Assembly (NCBI GenBank): GCA_963793305.1
Contig: CAWBZV010000005.1
Location: 1,472,001 to 1,536,000, forward strand
DNA from: an uncultured Gemmatimonadales bacterium
GTDB taxonomy: Bacteria > Gemmatimonadota > Gemmatimonadetes > Gemmatimonadales > Gemmatimonadaceae
Direction: 5' to 3'
Length of the DNA: 64,000 nucleotides
Each line of letters opens with the position of its first letter. The stretch's first letter is position 1. The notes below the pieces were generated by a model. It made no database searches. It was given only the letters and a program-made list of their open reading frames with translations, and was not told where the DNA came from. The position numbers and the translations under genes are program-made. This document shows, piece by piece, positions 30,642 to 40,833 of the stretch.

Positions 30642-32024
30642 ATGGCGCTGTGGGGCGCGCTCGCGATTGGGATACTCCCTCAGTTCGCATCCGTCGTCGG
30701 CCTCGCCGTCGACAGCTTGCGGGGCGGACCGATGGCCGAGGCCATCGTGGTCGTGAGCGATGGCGGCGGGCGACAGGCGACGACCGACGCCGCCGGCCGG
30801 TTCCGGATCGACAGCATTCCGCCGGGCGTCCATCGGGTCGCGCTCTTCCATCCGCTCCTGGACGCGCTCGGGTTCAGCGTCGCGTCATTGCCGATCTCGT
30901 TCACGAGTGGCGATACCGTCCGTCTCACGATCGCGACGCCCTCAGCGACCGCACTGCTTCGGCGTATCTGCACCGTGGATACCGCCGTCGCGGGCCTCCA
31001 ACCGACGGCGATCATTGGTACCGTGCTCGGTGAGGCCGAGGGTGACACGGTGACGCTCGAGTGGAAGCAAGTCGACGCCAGCAAGCGCCACGGCGTGATC
31101 GAGCGCACCATGAGCCGTCAGGTCACGAGCGGCGCCGATGGACGATTCCGCGTCTGCAGCCCACCCGGCGTCACACAGGGAAGACTCCGCGCGATGCGGG
31201 CCGACGCCGCCACCGGCTGGATGTCGGTCGAGCTCTCGCGCGGCGGTGTGCTGCTGCCGACTCTGCATCTCGTGCAGGCCTCACACACGGGCCGCGCGAT
31301 CGGCCAGGTGGTGGGACCGCATCGCGAGACGGTGCCGGGCGCGACCGTCGAGGTGGCCGATGCCGATACCCGAACGACCACGGACGACAACGGCAAGTTC
31401 GTGCTCGCCGCCTTGCCCGAGGGCACGCAGACGCTGGCCGTGAGAGCCGCGGGCTACGCGCCGACCACGATGGTCGTGGAGCTCGCGGCGGCGACACCGT
31501 GGCAGGGCACCGTACAACTGGGGCCCGCGCCACCGGTCCTCTCGACGGTGCATATTCTCGCGCAACGACTCGCGCCGGCCTATGACGCCGTTGGCTTCAA
31601 CGAGCGACGGCGCCGCGGCATCGGCACGTTCATGGACATCGAGGATATCGACCGCAAGCATCCGCTCAACGCCACCGACGTGTTCGAATCGGTGCCGGGT
31701 CTGTACGTCGACCACTCGTTCCACCCACCGATCATCATGGGAAGCCGCGGGCACTCCAGCGTGATGGGCGCCAGCGGCGTGTGCGTGAATTTGTATGTGG
31801 ACGGCCACCGCGAGTACTTGGAGGCCCCGGCGGATACCGGAAACATGGGCCGTGCCGAGAGCGCGTTCCTGCCGCTCGACATCGAGAAGTACATCGACGT
31901 GTCGGACATCGCCGCCGTCGAGGTCTACAACTCCGAGGAGCTCCCGCCCCAATTCGAGCGCGTCGGCGACGCCTGTCAGACGATCATCATCTGGACCAAA
32001 GGCGCGCTCGCCGAGCGTCACTAG
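30642..32024 (+). CDS. Secreted protein with three carboxypeptidase-regulatory-like domains and a TonB plug-like domain
   Basis: TTDAAGRF / TDDNGKF repeats; GFNERRRRGIG...IAAVEVY...CQTIIIWTK. Confidence 0.82.
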   Translation: MALWGALAIGILPQFASVVGLAVDSLRGGPMAEAIVVVSDGGGRQATTDAAGRFRIDSIPPGVHRVALFHPLLDALGFSVASLPISFTSGDTVRLTIATPSATALLRRICTVDTAVAGLQPTAIIGTVLGEAEGDTVTLEWKQVDASKRHGVIERTMSRQVTSGADGRFRVCSPPGVTQGRLRAMRADAATGWMSVELSRGGVLLPTLHLVQASHTGRAIGQVVGPHRETVPGATVEVADADTRTTTDDNGKFVLAALPEGTQTLAVRAAGYAPTTMVVELAAATPWQGTVQLGPAPPVLSTVHILAQRLAPAYDAVGFNERRRRGIGTFMDIEDIDRKHPLNATDVFESVPGLYVDHSFHPPIIMGSRGHSSVMGASGVCVNLYVDGHREYLEAPADTGNMGRAESAFLPLDIEKYIDVSDIAAVEVYNSEELPPQFERVGDACQTIIIWTKGALAERH

Positions 32025-32203
32025 TCACGCGAGGCGCTTTTCTCGATCGCGGACCAATACTGATCGGTGAACACGGTCTTCTCTTTGTTGTGGCGTTCGA
32101 CTTCGGCCGTAAAGCGCGCCCGGGCGGCGGCGAGGGCGTCCTCGAACGGCCGTACTTCGGGCGCACCGAGAAGCTCGAGGTGCGGCGGCGGAGGCAGTGT
32201 CAT
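32021..32203 (-). CDS. Small hypothetical protein
   Basis: 60-aa ORF with high GC3 filling the intergenic gap. Confidence 0.4.
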   Translation of the reverse strand: MTLPPPPHLELLGAPEVRPFEDALAAARARFTAEVERHNKEKTVFTDQYWSAIEKSASRD

Positions 32204-32348
32204 ACCGGTCTCTAGAGCAAAAACCGTGTCAGCGGACCCGGCCATAACACTGATCGCATAAACTATTTTGCTAGAACGCTTTAGGCCTATGTAGAGTTAA
32301 CGTCACCGTGTGGCCGAACCACAACAAATTGACGTAGGAGCCCCGCGC

Positions 32349-35300
32349 ATGTGGCAGGACCTCCGTTTCGCCCTTCGCCAGTGTCGCCGCTCTCCCGGCT
32401 ACGCCGCCACGACCGCGCTGACACTCGCCCTTGGGATCGGCGCCACCACCGCGATCTTCACCGTCGTCAACGGCGTGCTGCTCCGCGCACTCCCGTATCC
32501 GGAGCCCGACCGCGTCGTGCAGGTCTGGCAGCTCGATCAGAAGCAGCACCCAATGCAGTTCTCCGACCCGAATTTCGACGACGTACGAGCGGCATCACAT
32601 GGTTTTACCGCGCTGGCGGAATTCGCCTACAATGCCACCGTCTCCATCTCGGGTGACATCACGCCGACGCGAGGCGCCATGACCGAGGTGTCGCCGGATT
32701 TCTTCGATGCGATGGGAGTCCGGCCATTGCTCGGGAGCGCGCAACAACCGCATGACGCCGCCGGCGTCGTCGTGAGCTGGGGATTCTGGCAGCGAGTCTT
32801 GGGTGGCAGTCCGAATGCACTCGGCAAAGCCCTCCGCGTCGGCGGCACCAGCTACACGATCGTGGGGGTCATGCGCCCGGAGCTCGAATTTCCGGCGGGT
32901 ACTGATCTTTGGGGATGGCGCGACCCCTCCGATCACAGCTCGGCGCGCACTGGCCACAATTGGGAGGTCGTCGGACGCCTGCGCGCCGGCGTGACACTCG
33001 ACGCGGTACGACGAGAGGCCACCGGCATCGCGCGCGATCTGGCGCAGCGCTACGGCACCGATACCTGGATGGCCGACGTCAGCATCGTGCCGCTTCGGGA
33101 GCAACTGGTCGGCGGCACACGCCCGGCGTTGCTCGTCCTGCTCGCCGCGTCGCTCGTCCTGCTCGGCATCGCCTGCACGAACGCCGCCAACCTCGTGGTC
33201 GCCCGGCTCACGGCCCGCCGCGGCGAGCTCGCCATTCGCCTCGCGCTGGGCGCGTCGCGTGGCCGCCTCATTCGGCAGTGCCTGGCCGAATCCTTGTTGA
33301 TCGCGCTCACCGGCGGAGTATTTGGGTTTGTGCTCGCGGTCGGCGGGACGATTGCACTCAAGGCAGTCGATCCCGGTCGCCTGCCGCGCGCCGGCGACAT
33401 CCAGCTCGATGCGCCGGTCTTCGCGTTCGCGCTGGCTGTGTCGATGCTGACGGCTGTCGTGCTCGCGCTCCTGAGCGCCTGGCGAGCCACCCGCGGCGAT
33501 GTGCGCGAAACCCTCTCGGCGTCCGAGCGCGCGATGTCCGGCGCCGGATCATCGACGAGCACCCGACGGGCCCTCGTCGTCGCGCAGGTGGCGATGACGA
33601 TCGTCCTGCTCGTCTCGGCCGGCCTCCTCGCCCGGAGCTTCGTGCGACTGCTCGCAGTCGATCCGGGGTTCCGCACCGACCGCGCGACCGTGCTCGATAT
33701 CGCGATCCAGACCAGCGACTCCGTAGCGCGCGACGCGCGCACGGCATTTTACCACGAGTTGCTCGCCCGCCTGGCCGCGACGCCGGGCGTCAACACGGTG
33801 GGCGCCGTCAACGTCATGCCCCTGGCTCCGGTCGGCAAGTCGAACGGCATGTTCGTAGAGCTCGCGTCGCCCGCCGATACGGTCTCTCCCAAGAGTCGCG
33901 ACGATCCTCGCGTGGGCTACGCCGATTTCCGAGTGGCGAGCGGTGGCTACTTCGCGGCCATGGGTATCCCGCTGCTCGACGGTCGCGTGTTCGACGAGCG
34001 CGACACCCCGAACGCGCCGGAAGTCGCTCTTATCAGCAGATCCCTCGCTACGCGGCGTTGGCCAGGCCACAATCCGATTGGGAAATGGATCGAATTCGGC
34101 GGCATGGATGGCGACATGCGGCCGCTCAGGATCGTCGGCGTGGTCGGCGACGTGCACGAGGATGCGTTGAGCGCGGCTCCCCGGCCGGTCCTCTACGCCA
34201 ACTACCGGCAACGCCCCATGGCCGCGGGGCGCATGAACGTCGTAATCACGGGTCAGATCGATCCGTTGACCGCCACCTCGATCGTGCGCGCCTTGCGCCC
34301 GGATGCTCCGCCGCGCGTCCGCACGATGCGATCGATCGTTGCCGCCTCAGTCGGTGACCAACGGTTCGTGCTCTTTCTGGTCGGCGTGTTCGGCGCCGCG
34401 GCCCTGATCTTGGCCGCGCTCGGCGTGTACAGCGTCATCTCGTATCTCGTCGCGCAGCGCGAGCGCGAGTTGATCATTCGCGTGGCCTTGGGCGCGCGCG
34501 CCGCGGATATCCTCGGGCTGGTCCTCCGACAAGGCGCGGTCCTCGCTGTGGCCGGCATCCTCATCGGGTCGCTCGTCGCGCTCGCCGGCACGCGGCTCCT
34601 CGCGAGCTTGCTCTTCGGCGTCAGCTCGACGGATCCGATCGCGTTCGTGGGGGTCGCCCTCATCGTCGCTCTCGTGGCGCTCGTCGCGTGCTGGTTCCCC
34701 GCGCGTCGCGCGTCACGCATCGCCCTCGTCGCGCTCGTCGCCTTCGGCGCTCGTGCCCACGCCCAGTCGGTGACGATTTACCGCGATACGTACGGGGTCC
34801 CGCACGTGTTCGGTCAGACCGACGCCAGCACGGTATTCGGGTTCGCGTACGCGCAGGCCGAAGACAATTTCCCCAGGATCGAAGCGAACTATATGCTCGC
34901 CCTCGGCCGCGGGGCCGCCATGTACGGCGACTCGAGCGCGGAGGAAGACCGACTCACGCTCGCGCTGGATATTCCGCGGCTCGCGGTCGCCGAGTATGGC
35001 CGGCTCGATGCCCACACCCGCGCCCTCTGCGACGGATTTGCGGCCGGCCTCAATTTCTATCTACGAGATCATCACGCGCGGTACCTCTCGCATATCGAAC
35101 CGTGGTACCCGCTCGCGTTTATTCGCTACAACTACTACGTCCTCGGTTTTGTGAGAGACCCGAAGATCGGCGTCCCATTCCCGGTCGGCCGCGGCTACTT
35201 CGACAAATTCACGACGCCGTCGAACGGCTCGAACGGCTGGGTCATTGGCCCGTCGAAGAGCGCCACGGGCCACGCGATGCTCTTCATCAACCCGCACCTC

Positions 35301-36723
35301 CCATTCTTCGGCCCGGGCCAGGTCTACGAGGGCCATGTCCATAGCGATGAGGGTTGGGAGTTCACCGGGTACACGCGCTTCGGATTCCCACTCCCATACG
35401 TGGGCCACAACGCCTACCTCGGCTGGGTCAGCACCGACAACTCCGCCGACGTGGCCAATGGATACGTCGAGACGTTCGATGACCCATCACACCCACTCGC
35501 CTATCGCTACGGGAACGGCTATCGCACCGCCACGGAACGGTTCGAGGACATCGGGGGACATTGCGCGCGGTTCGTGACGACGCACCACGGGCCGATCGTC
35601 GCGTCGTACAACGGGAAACCCGTTGCCGCGCGCATGGCGCGACTCGCCGACGATGGGTGGCTCACCGAGTGGTACGGGATGACGAAGGCCCGCACGTTCG
35701 CCCAATTCAAGGCGGCCCTCCACCCGCTCGCCATGCTGTTCGGCAACGTGATGTACGCCGATCGCGATGGCAACACGTTCTATCTCTACAACGCCGCGGT
35801 CCCGCGACGCGATCCCAAGTTCGATTGGACCAAGCCGGTCGACGGAAGCGATCCGGCGACCGAGTGGAACGGGTACTACCCGATGGATTCGCTGCCGCAG
35901 CTCACGAATCCGGCGACGGGCTGGATGGAAAACTGCAACTCGTCGCCGTTTCTGCTGACCAGCGCCGGCAACCCGGACCCCGCGGCGTTCCCCATGCCGA
36001 TGGTGAAAGAAGGCATGAGAGAAAACCCGCGGGCGCGAGCCTCGCGGCGCATTCTCACGTCGACGCCACAATTCACGTTCGACCAATGGAAGGCCGCGGC
36101 GTTCGACACCCACGTGATCTCCGCCGATAGTCTGATCCCACTGTTGCTGGCCCAAGTACACGACAGCGGCACGAGCCTGCTCGCCAACTGGGATCGGCGA
36201 GCGACGGTCTCGTCGATCGCGATGACCGTGTATAGCATTCTGGCATCACCAGCTCGAGGATCACGACTACGCGACCGCGCTTCGCATCGCCATGGACAGC
36301 GCGGTCCCCTGGGGCGACCGCAATCGCCTCCAACGGGTCGACGACCACGCCACCCCCATGCTCGACCTCCCGGCGTTCAGCGACGCAGCGCCGAGCATCC
36401 CCGTCCCGGGTGTGGACGGGTACGATGGCGCGGTGTTTACGGTCTATACGACAAATGTCGCCGGCCAGCACCGGAAGTATGGGGTGCACGGTGGGACCTA
36501 TGTGAGCGTCGTCGAGTTCGGCCCGACCACGCATGCCCTTTCCGTACACACTTTTGGCTCAAGTGGCGACCCCAGCAGTTCGCACTATATCGACCAGGCT
36601 CGGATGTATGCGAAAGGCGAGATGAAGCCCACGTGGTGGACGTTGGAAGAGGTTCGCGCCCACGCCGTGACCAAAGTCGTGCTTGCCACAACGCCCAATC
36701 CGCGCATCGTTCAGGGATCTTAA
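32349..36723 (+). CDS. In-frame fusion of ADOP-type (MacB/FtsX duplicated) ABC permease and penicillin-acylase-family Ntn hydrolase (frameshift near 36237)
   Basis: MWQDLRFALR...LALGIGATTAIF...PARRA runs with no stop into QSVTIYRDTYGVPHV...GSNGWVIGPSKS...NPHL; the acylase C-terminus is in ORF 36292-36723. Confidence 0.82.
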
Positions 36724-36734
36724 AAGGAGATTTC

Positions 36735-37328
36735 ATGGCGTCGGACCTGTTGCAGCACATGTATGGTCGGGCTAGGTGGACACTCCTGTTGCGCGGGTTG
36801 CTCGCCCTCGCCGTCGGGATTCTCATCATTGCCCGACCGATGGACTCGGTGGCCGCGTTCGCGCTCCTTATCGCGTTCTGGGCGATCTTCATCGGCACCA
36901 GCCAGATCGTCGAATCGATCGAAGCGCGCGCCGTCCTCCCGCACTGGTGGCTGCTGCTCCTGAGCGGAGTCATCAGCCTCGTGTTCGGCATCGCGGCGCT
37001 GTACTACTATCCGGGGCTGTCGCTCACCTTCGCGGTCATCTGGACCTCCTACTGGTTGCTGCTGACGGGCGCAATAGGGATCTACGCGTCCATCATGGAG
37101 CGCCGCATGAACGCGCCCTGGGGCTGGACGCTCGTCTTCGGGATCATCGCCGTCGTCGCCGGGGTCTACGCGATCATGGTGCCGCCCGCCACGTTGGCCG
37201 CGATCATGGGGCTGATCGCCGGGTTCGCGATCGTCTGGGGCATTGCGCTCCTCGCCGCGTTCTTCTGGCTTGGCTCCGCCAAAGCCAAGGTCACATTGGA
37301 CGTTGGTGGCACGGCCGCGCGCGCGTGA
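36735..37328 (+). CDS. HdeD/DUF308 family membrane protein
   Basis: AAGGAG RBS; WTLLLRGLLALAVGILII; about six TM segments. Confidence 0.88.
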   Translation: MASDLLQHMYGRARWTLLLRGLLALAVGILIIARPMDSVAAFALLIAFWAIFIGTSQIVESIEARAVLPHWWLLLLSGVISLVFGIAALYYYPGLSLTFAVIWTSYWLLLTGAIGIYASIMERRMNAPWGWTLVFGIIAVVAGVYAIMVPPATLAAIMGLIAGFAIVWGIALLAAFFWLGSAKAKVTLDVGGTAARA

Positions 37329-37358
37329 TACCGCGTCGGGTCGAGTAGCTTTCTTGGC

Positions 37359-37838
37359 ATGACGCCAAGAGAGCACAGTTACTCGACGGTCGTAAAATGG
37401 ACGGGGAACACAGGGACGGGGACCTCGAGCTACCGCGCCTATTCGCGGCAGCACGAGGTCTCTGCTCCCGGCCAACCGAAGCCGCCGATCCCGGGGTCAT
37501 CCGACCCGGGTTTCCGTGGCGATGCCACGCACTGGAACCCCGAAGAGCTTCTCGTGGCGTCCATCAGTGCGTGCCACCAACTCTGGTACCTGCATCTCTG
37601 CGCCGACGCAGGACTCGTGATCACGAGCTACGTCGATCGCGCCGAGGGCGTGATGATCGAAGAGGCCGACGGTGGTGGTCGCTTTCGTCGCGTCGTGCTG
37701 CGCCCGGCCGTCACGTTCGCGCCGGGCGCGGATCTCGACCGGGCGCGGGAGCTCCATCACGAAGCGCATCGCCTGTGCTTCATCGCGAACTCGGTGAACT
37801 TTCCAGTCGAGCATGAGCCCGAGTTACGCTCGGCTTGA
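37359..37838 (+). CDS. OsmC family protein
   Basis: WNPEELLVASISACHQLWYL...AHRLCFIANSV. Confidence 0.92.
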   Translation: MTPREHSYSTVVKWTGNTGTGTSSYRAYSRQHEVSAPGQPKPPIPGSSDPGFRGDATHWNPEELLVASISACHQLWYLHLCADAGLVITSYVDRAEGVMIEEADGGGRFRRVVLRPAVTFAPGADLDRARELHHEAHRLCFIANSVNFPVEHEPELRSA

Positions 37839-37938
37839 TCTCGAGCTTTCCAGTCGAGCATGAGCCCGAGCTACGTTCGGCTTGATCTTGAGCTTTCCAG
37901 TAAAGCATGAGCCAGAGCCAGAGCTACGTTCGGCTTGA
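37799..37938. repeat. 47-bp tandem triplication spanning the OsmC stop and the next start codon
   Basis: Units start at 37799, 37846 and 37893: CTTTCCAGTCGAGCATGAGCCCGAGYTACGYTCGGCTTGATCTYGAG. Confidence 0.92.
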
Positions 37939-38791
37939 CCATCAGTACCAGGGATTCCCGAGCGGCATCGCGTCGTACCTGCTTCCCGATGGCGGCCCGG
38001 ATGGCACCTCAGACGCCACCCTGGTGGAAGCCGGCCCGGCAAGCACGACGCCCGCGCTGTTATCGGGAATCCGGTCCGCCGGCTACGACCCGCTCCGCAT
38101 CACGCGGCTGCTCGTCACGCACATCCACCTGGATCACGCGGGCGCGGCGGGCGTTCTGCTCACGCGCCATCTCCCCAACGCCAAAGTCTTTGTGCACCCG
38201 AAGGGTGCCAAGCATTTAATCGACCCGTCCAAGCTGATCGCCAGCGCCGAGCGCTTGTACGGCTCACGAATGCAAGAGTTGTGGGGCGAGATCCTGCCGG
38301 TGCCCGAAGACCGCGTGGTCATTGTACAGGATGACGAGACAGTCGGCTCGCTGCGCGCTATCGATACGCCGGGTCATGCCGTGCACCATCACGCGTACTA
38401 CGACGCATCGAGCGGGGTCGTGTTCACTGGCGACGTCGCGGGTGTTCGCATGCCGAACTCGCGCTACGTTCGCCCACCCACGCCGCCGCCAGAGCTAGAC
38501 CTCGATGCCTGGGCAACGAGCGTCGCCCGCCTGCGAGCGCTCGAGCCGCGTCGCCTGTGCCTCACGCACTTCGGCGAATTCGACGACGTCTCATGGCATC
38601 TCGACGACCTGATGTCTCGCCTCGATCGCTGGCGCGACTGGCTGAGCGCCGATCTCAGCGTCGAGACGCTCCGGCAGCGAGAGGCGGGCCTGCTCACCCG
38701 CGAGCTGGCCGCGAGCTTCGAGCGAGTCGGGAACTACACGATGTGCGTCGAGGGATTCGCGCGGTACTTCGCGAAGCGCGCCGCGGCGTAA
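37907..38791 (+). CDS. MBL-fold metallo-hydrolase
   Basis: THIHLDHAG, TPGHAVHH, FTGD, THFG. Confidence 0.92.
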   Translation: MSQSQSYVRLDHQYQGFPSGIASYLLPDGGPDGTSDATLVEAGPASTTPALLSGIRSAGYDPLRITRLLVTHIHLDHAGAAGVLLTRHLPNAKVFVHPKGAKHLIDPSKLIASAERLYGSRMQELWGEILPVPEDRVVIVQDDETVGSLRAIDTPGHAVHHHAYYDASSGVVFTGDVAGVRMPNSRYVRPPTPPPELDLDAWATSVARLRALEPRRLCLTHFGEFDDVSWHLDDLMSRLDRWRDWLSADLSVETLRQREAGLLTRELAASFERVGNYTMCVEGFARYFAKRAAA

Positions 38792-39021
38792 CGGCGCATC
38801 CGATACCACGCGCTGGCGCTGTTCGCGGCGCCGAGGGTTGTGATCCCCATCACAACGAAAAAAAACGAGTGCGTGCTGGCCTGACCAAGCCAGATCCAGA
38901 CGACAACGGTGCACACCACGAGGGTAGCCCACCGCGCGCTGCGGCGGCTCGCCGCCTCGGTCGCGTTGTCATGAATAAGAATCGCCGCCGTCGTGCGTCG
39001 CGAAGGTCTCGAATTCTGCAT
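38734..39021 (-). CDS. Small two-TM membrane protein
   Basis: WATLVVCTVVVWIWLG / FFFVVMGITTLG. Confidence 0.4.
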   Translation of the reverse strand: MQNSRPSRRTTAAILIHDNATEAASRRSARWATLVVCTVVVWIWLGQASTHSFFFVVMGITTLGAANSASAWYRMRRYAAARFAKYRANPSTHIV

Positions 39022-39079
39022 GGAGCCAACCTATGTGCGCTGGCTCACCAGGTGAGGCGCCCTGCGTCTATTCGTCACC

Positions 39080-40471
39080 ATGTGGACACTATATCTCGCT
39101 TTGATTATCGCCCTCGCGGCGTGCACTGATGTCCCACCGGGCCCACCACAATCCGGCTCGCTCAGCGGCACTATCTCGGGAACCAATATCGGCCCGTTGG
39201 CCGGTGTGACCGTCACGGCAACGCCTCAGGTCGCAAACGCAGTCGTCGCGGATAGCACGACGACCTCCAACACTGGCGCGTACTCGTTGACCGAGCTTCC
39301 GATCGGCGGCGGCGTGATCGCGCTCTCCGGAATCCCGGCCGCCTGCCAGCCGTCCGCGGCCGTGAGCTATTCGGTCGCGTCCAACGCGAACACGGTCGTC
39401 AACATTCAGCTGAGCTGCGCCCAAGTCCCGCAAGTCGGCACCATTGTCGGCACCGTCACAAGCTCACTCGGCGGCGGCATCGCCAACGCCCAAGTGACCG
39501 TGACGCCAACAGGCGGTTCCATGCTACCAGCGGCGACCACGGACGTGAATGGGAACTACGCGGTCACCGGTGTCGCGGTCGGCGGCGGCTCCGTCGCGAT
39601 AGCGGGAGTGCCCGCGAACTGCACGGCTCCGGCGCCGCAACCGTACGCCAATCTGACGACCGGGGGCTCGGTGACCGTGAACGTGACGGTCGCCTGCACG
39701 CCAATCAACGCGGCCGAAGGGTATCTCCTCTACAATGGAACCACGAGCTACGCCGAGATCCCGAGCGCTCCCCAACTCAGCGTCGGCGCCAACGGTCTGA
39801 CCGTGGCGGTCTGGATGCGCCCGGACGTGCTCAGTTTCCCCAAGACCTCGGGCTCTTCGTCGATCGAGCAATACGTGCACTGGCTCGGCAAAGGTCAGGT
39901 CTCGGGAGCGGGCGGCGACCAGGAGTGGACGTTCCGGATGTACAGCCAGGTGCCGGGCGACGACCGCGGCAACCGGATCAGCTTCTACGTGTTCAACCCC
40001 GATGGCCAGAAGGGCTGCGGCAGCTACTTCCAGGATCCGATTACGCCGGGCCAATGGATCTTCGTGGTCGGCGTGATCAACACGGACTCCCAGACGACGG
40101 AGATCTACAAGAACGGCGTGTTCCGACACAGCGACCCATACGTCGGGGGAACGGTCACCATCACGCCGGCCCCTGGTTCCGCCCCAATGCGCTTCGGGTC
40201 GAAGGATTTCACCAACTACTTCGAGGGCGCGATCGGCCCGGTCCGGATCTGGGACCGCGCACTCTCGGCGAGCGAGATCGCCGCGCTGTATTCGTCGAAC
40301 ACCGTACCCTCCGACGTCGTCGCCTCGTACGCGCTGACCGAAGGGCAGGGTACGACGATCGTCGACAGCGTCGCCGCCAACAATGGGACGCTGTTCAACA
40401 CGACGTGGGGTCAAGGTCCGCGGCAGCCGGTATCAACGGCCACCGCAACCCAGAGCGGAGGCGGCTGTTAG
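39080..40471 (+). CDS. Lipoprotein with two Cys-paired beta-sandwich repeats and a LamG-like jellyroll domain
   Basis: LAAC lipobox; LTVAVWMRP...GQWIFVVGV...IYKNG...FEGAIGPVRIWDRALSASEI. Confidence 0.85.
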   Translation: MWTLYLALIIALAACTDVPPGPPQSGSLSGTISGTNIGPLAGVTVTATPQVANAVVADSTTTSNTGAYSLTELPIGGGVIALSGIPAACQPSAAVSYSVASNANTVVNIQLSCAQVPQVGTIVGTVTSSLGGGIANAQVTVTPTGGSMLPAATTDVNGNYAVTGVAVGGGSVAIAGVPANCTAPAPQPYANLTTGGSVTVNVTVACTPINAAEGYLLYNGTTSYAEIPSAPQLSVGANGLTVAVWMRPDVLSFPKTSGSSSIEQYVHWLGKGQVSGAGGDQEWTFRMYSQVPGDDRGNRISFYVFNPDGQKGCGSYFQDPITPGQWIFVVGVINTDSQTTEIYKNGVFRHSDPYVGGTVTITPAPGSAPMRFGSKDFTNYFEGAIGPVRIWDRALSASEIAALYSSNTVPSDVVASYALTEGQGTTIVDSVAANNGTLFNTTWGQGPRQPVSTATATQSGGGC

Positions 40472-40480
40472 CGTGATGCC

Positions 40481-40509
40481 TTGACATTCGACAATACGTT
40501 GTCGAGTAT
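40481..40509 (+). promoter_or_regulatory. padR promoter with embedded inverted-repeat operator
   Basis: TTGACA, 17 nt, GAGTAT; TCGACAA-TACG-TTGTCGA at 40488-40505; ATG at predicted +1. Confidence 0.75.
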
Positions 40510-40515
40510 CTAGGC

Positions 40516-40833
40516 ATGGATCTGCTCCAGGGAACCTTGGACCTCCTGGTCCTCAAAACGCTGGTGCTCGGCCCGCTGCACGGTTGGGGCATCTCGAAGC
40601 GCCTGCGCCAGCTGTCCGACGAGGCGCTGGCGGTCGGCCAGGGCAGCCTCTATCCCGCGCTGTATCGGCTAGAAGAACGAGGCTGGATCGCGGCCGAGTG
40701 GCGCCACAGTCCCGAGGGGCGCCGGGCGAAGTTTTATAGCCTGACACCGGCCGGTCGAAAGCAGTTCGCCGCCGAGCGCACCCAGTGGCGCCTCTTCGCG
40801 TCGGCCGTCGAACAGGTGCTGGGCGCATCATGA
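40516..40833 (+). CDS. PadR family transcriptional regulator (ADOP-associated type)
   Basis: LLQGTLDLLVL...LHGWGI...GSLYPALYRLE...RRAKFYSLT. Confidence 0.95.
   Translation: MDLLQGTLDLLVLKTLVLGPLHGWGISKRLRQLSDEALAVGQGSLYPALYRLEERGWIAAEWRHSPEGRRAKFYSLTPAGRKQFAAERTQWRLFASAVEQVLGAS

Noticed and set aside
32310..37328. 1672-aa triple fusion including HdeD
   Set aside because: The stretch 36240-36734 is out-of-frame junk caused by a frameshift; the acylase ends at 36723 and hdeD has its own AAGGAG RBS and ATG
37799..37938. Mini CRISPR array
   Set aside because: Units are contiguous with no unique spacers, overlap coding ends, and no cas genes are present
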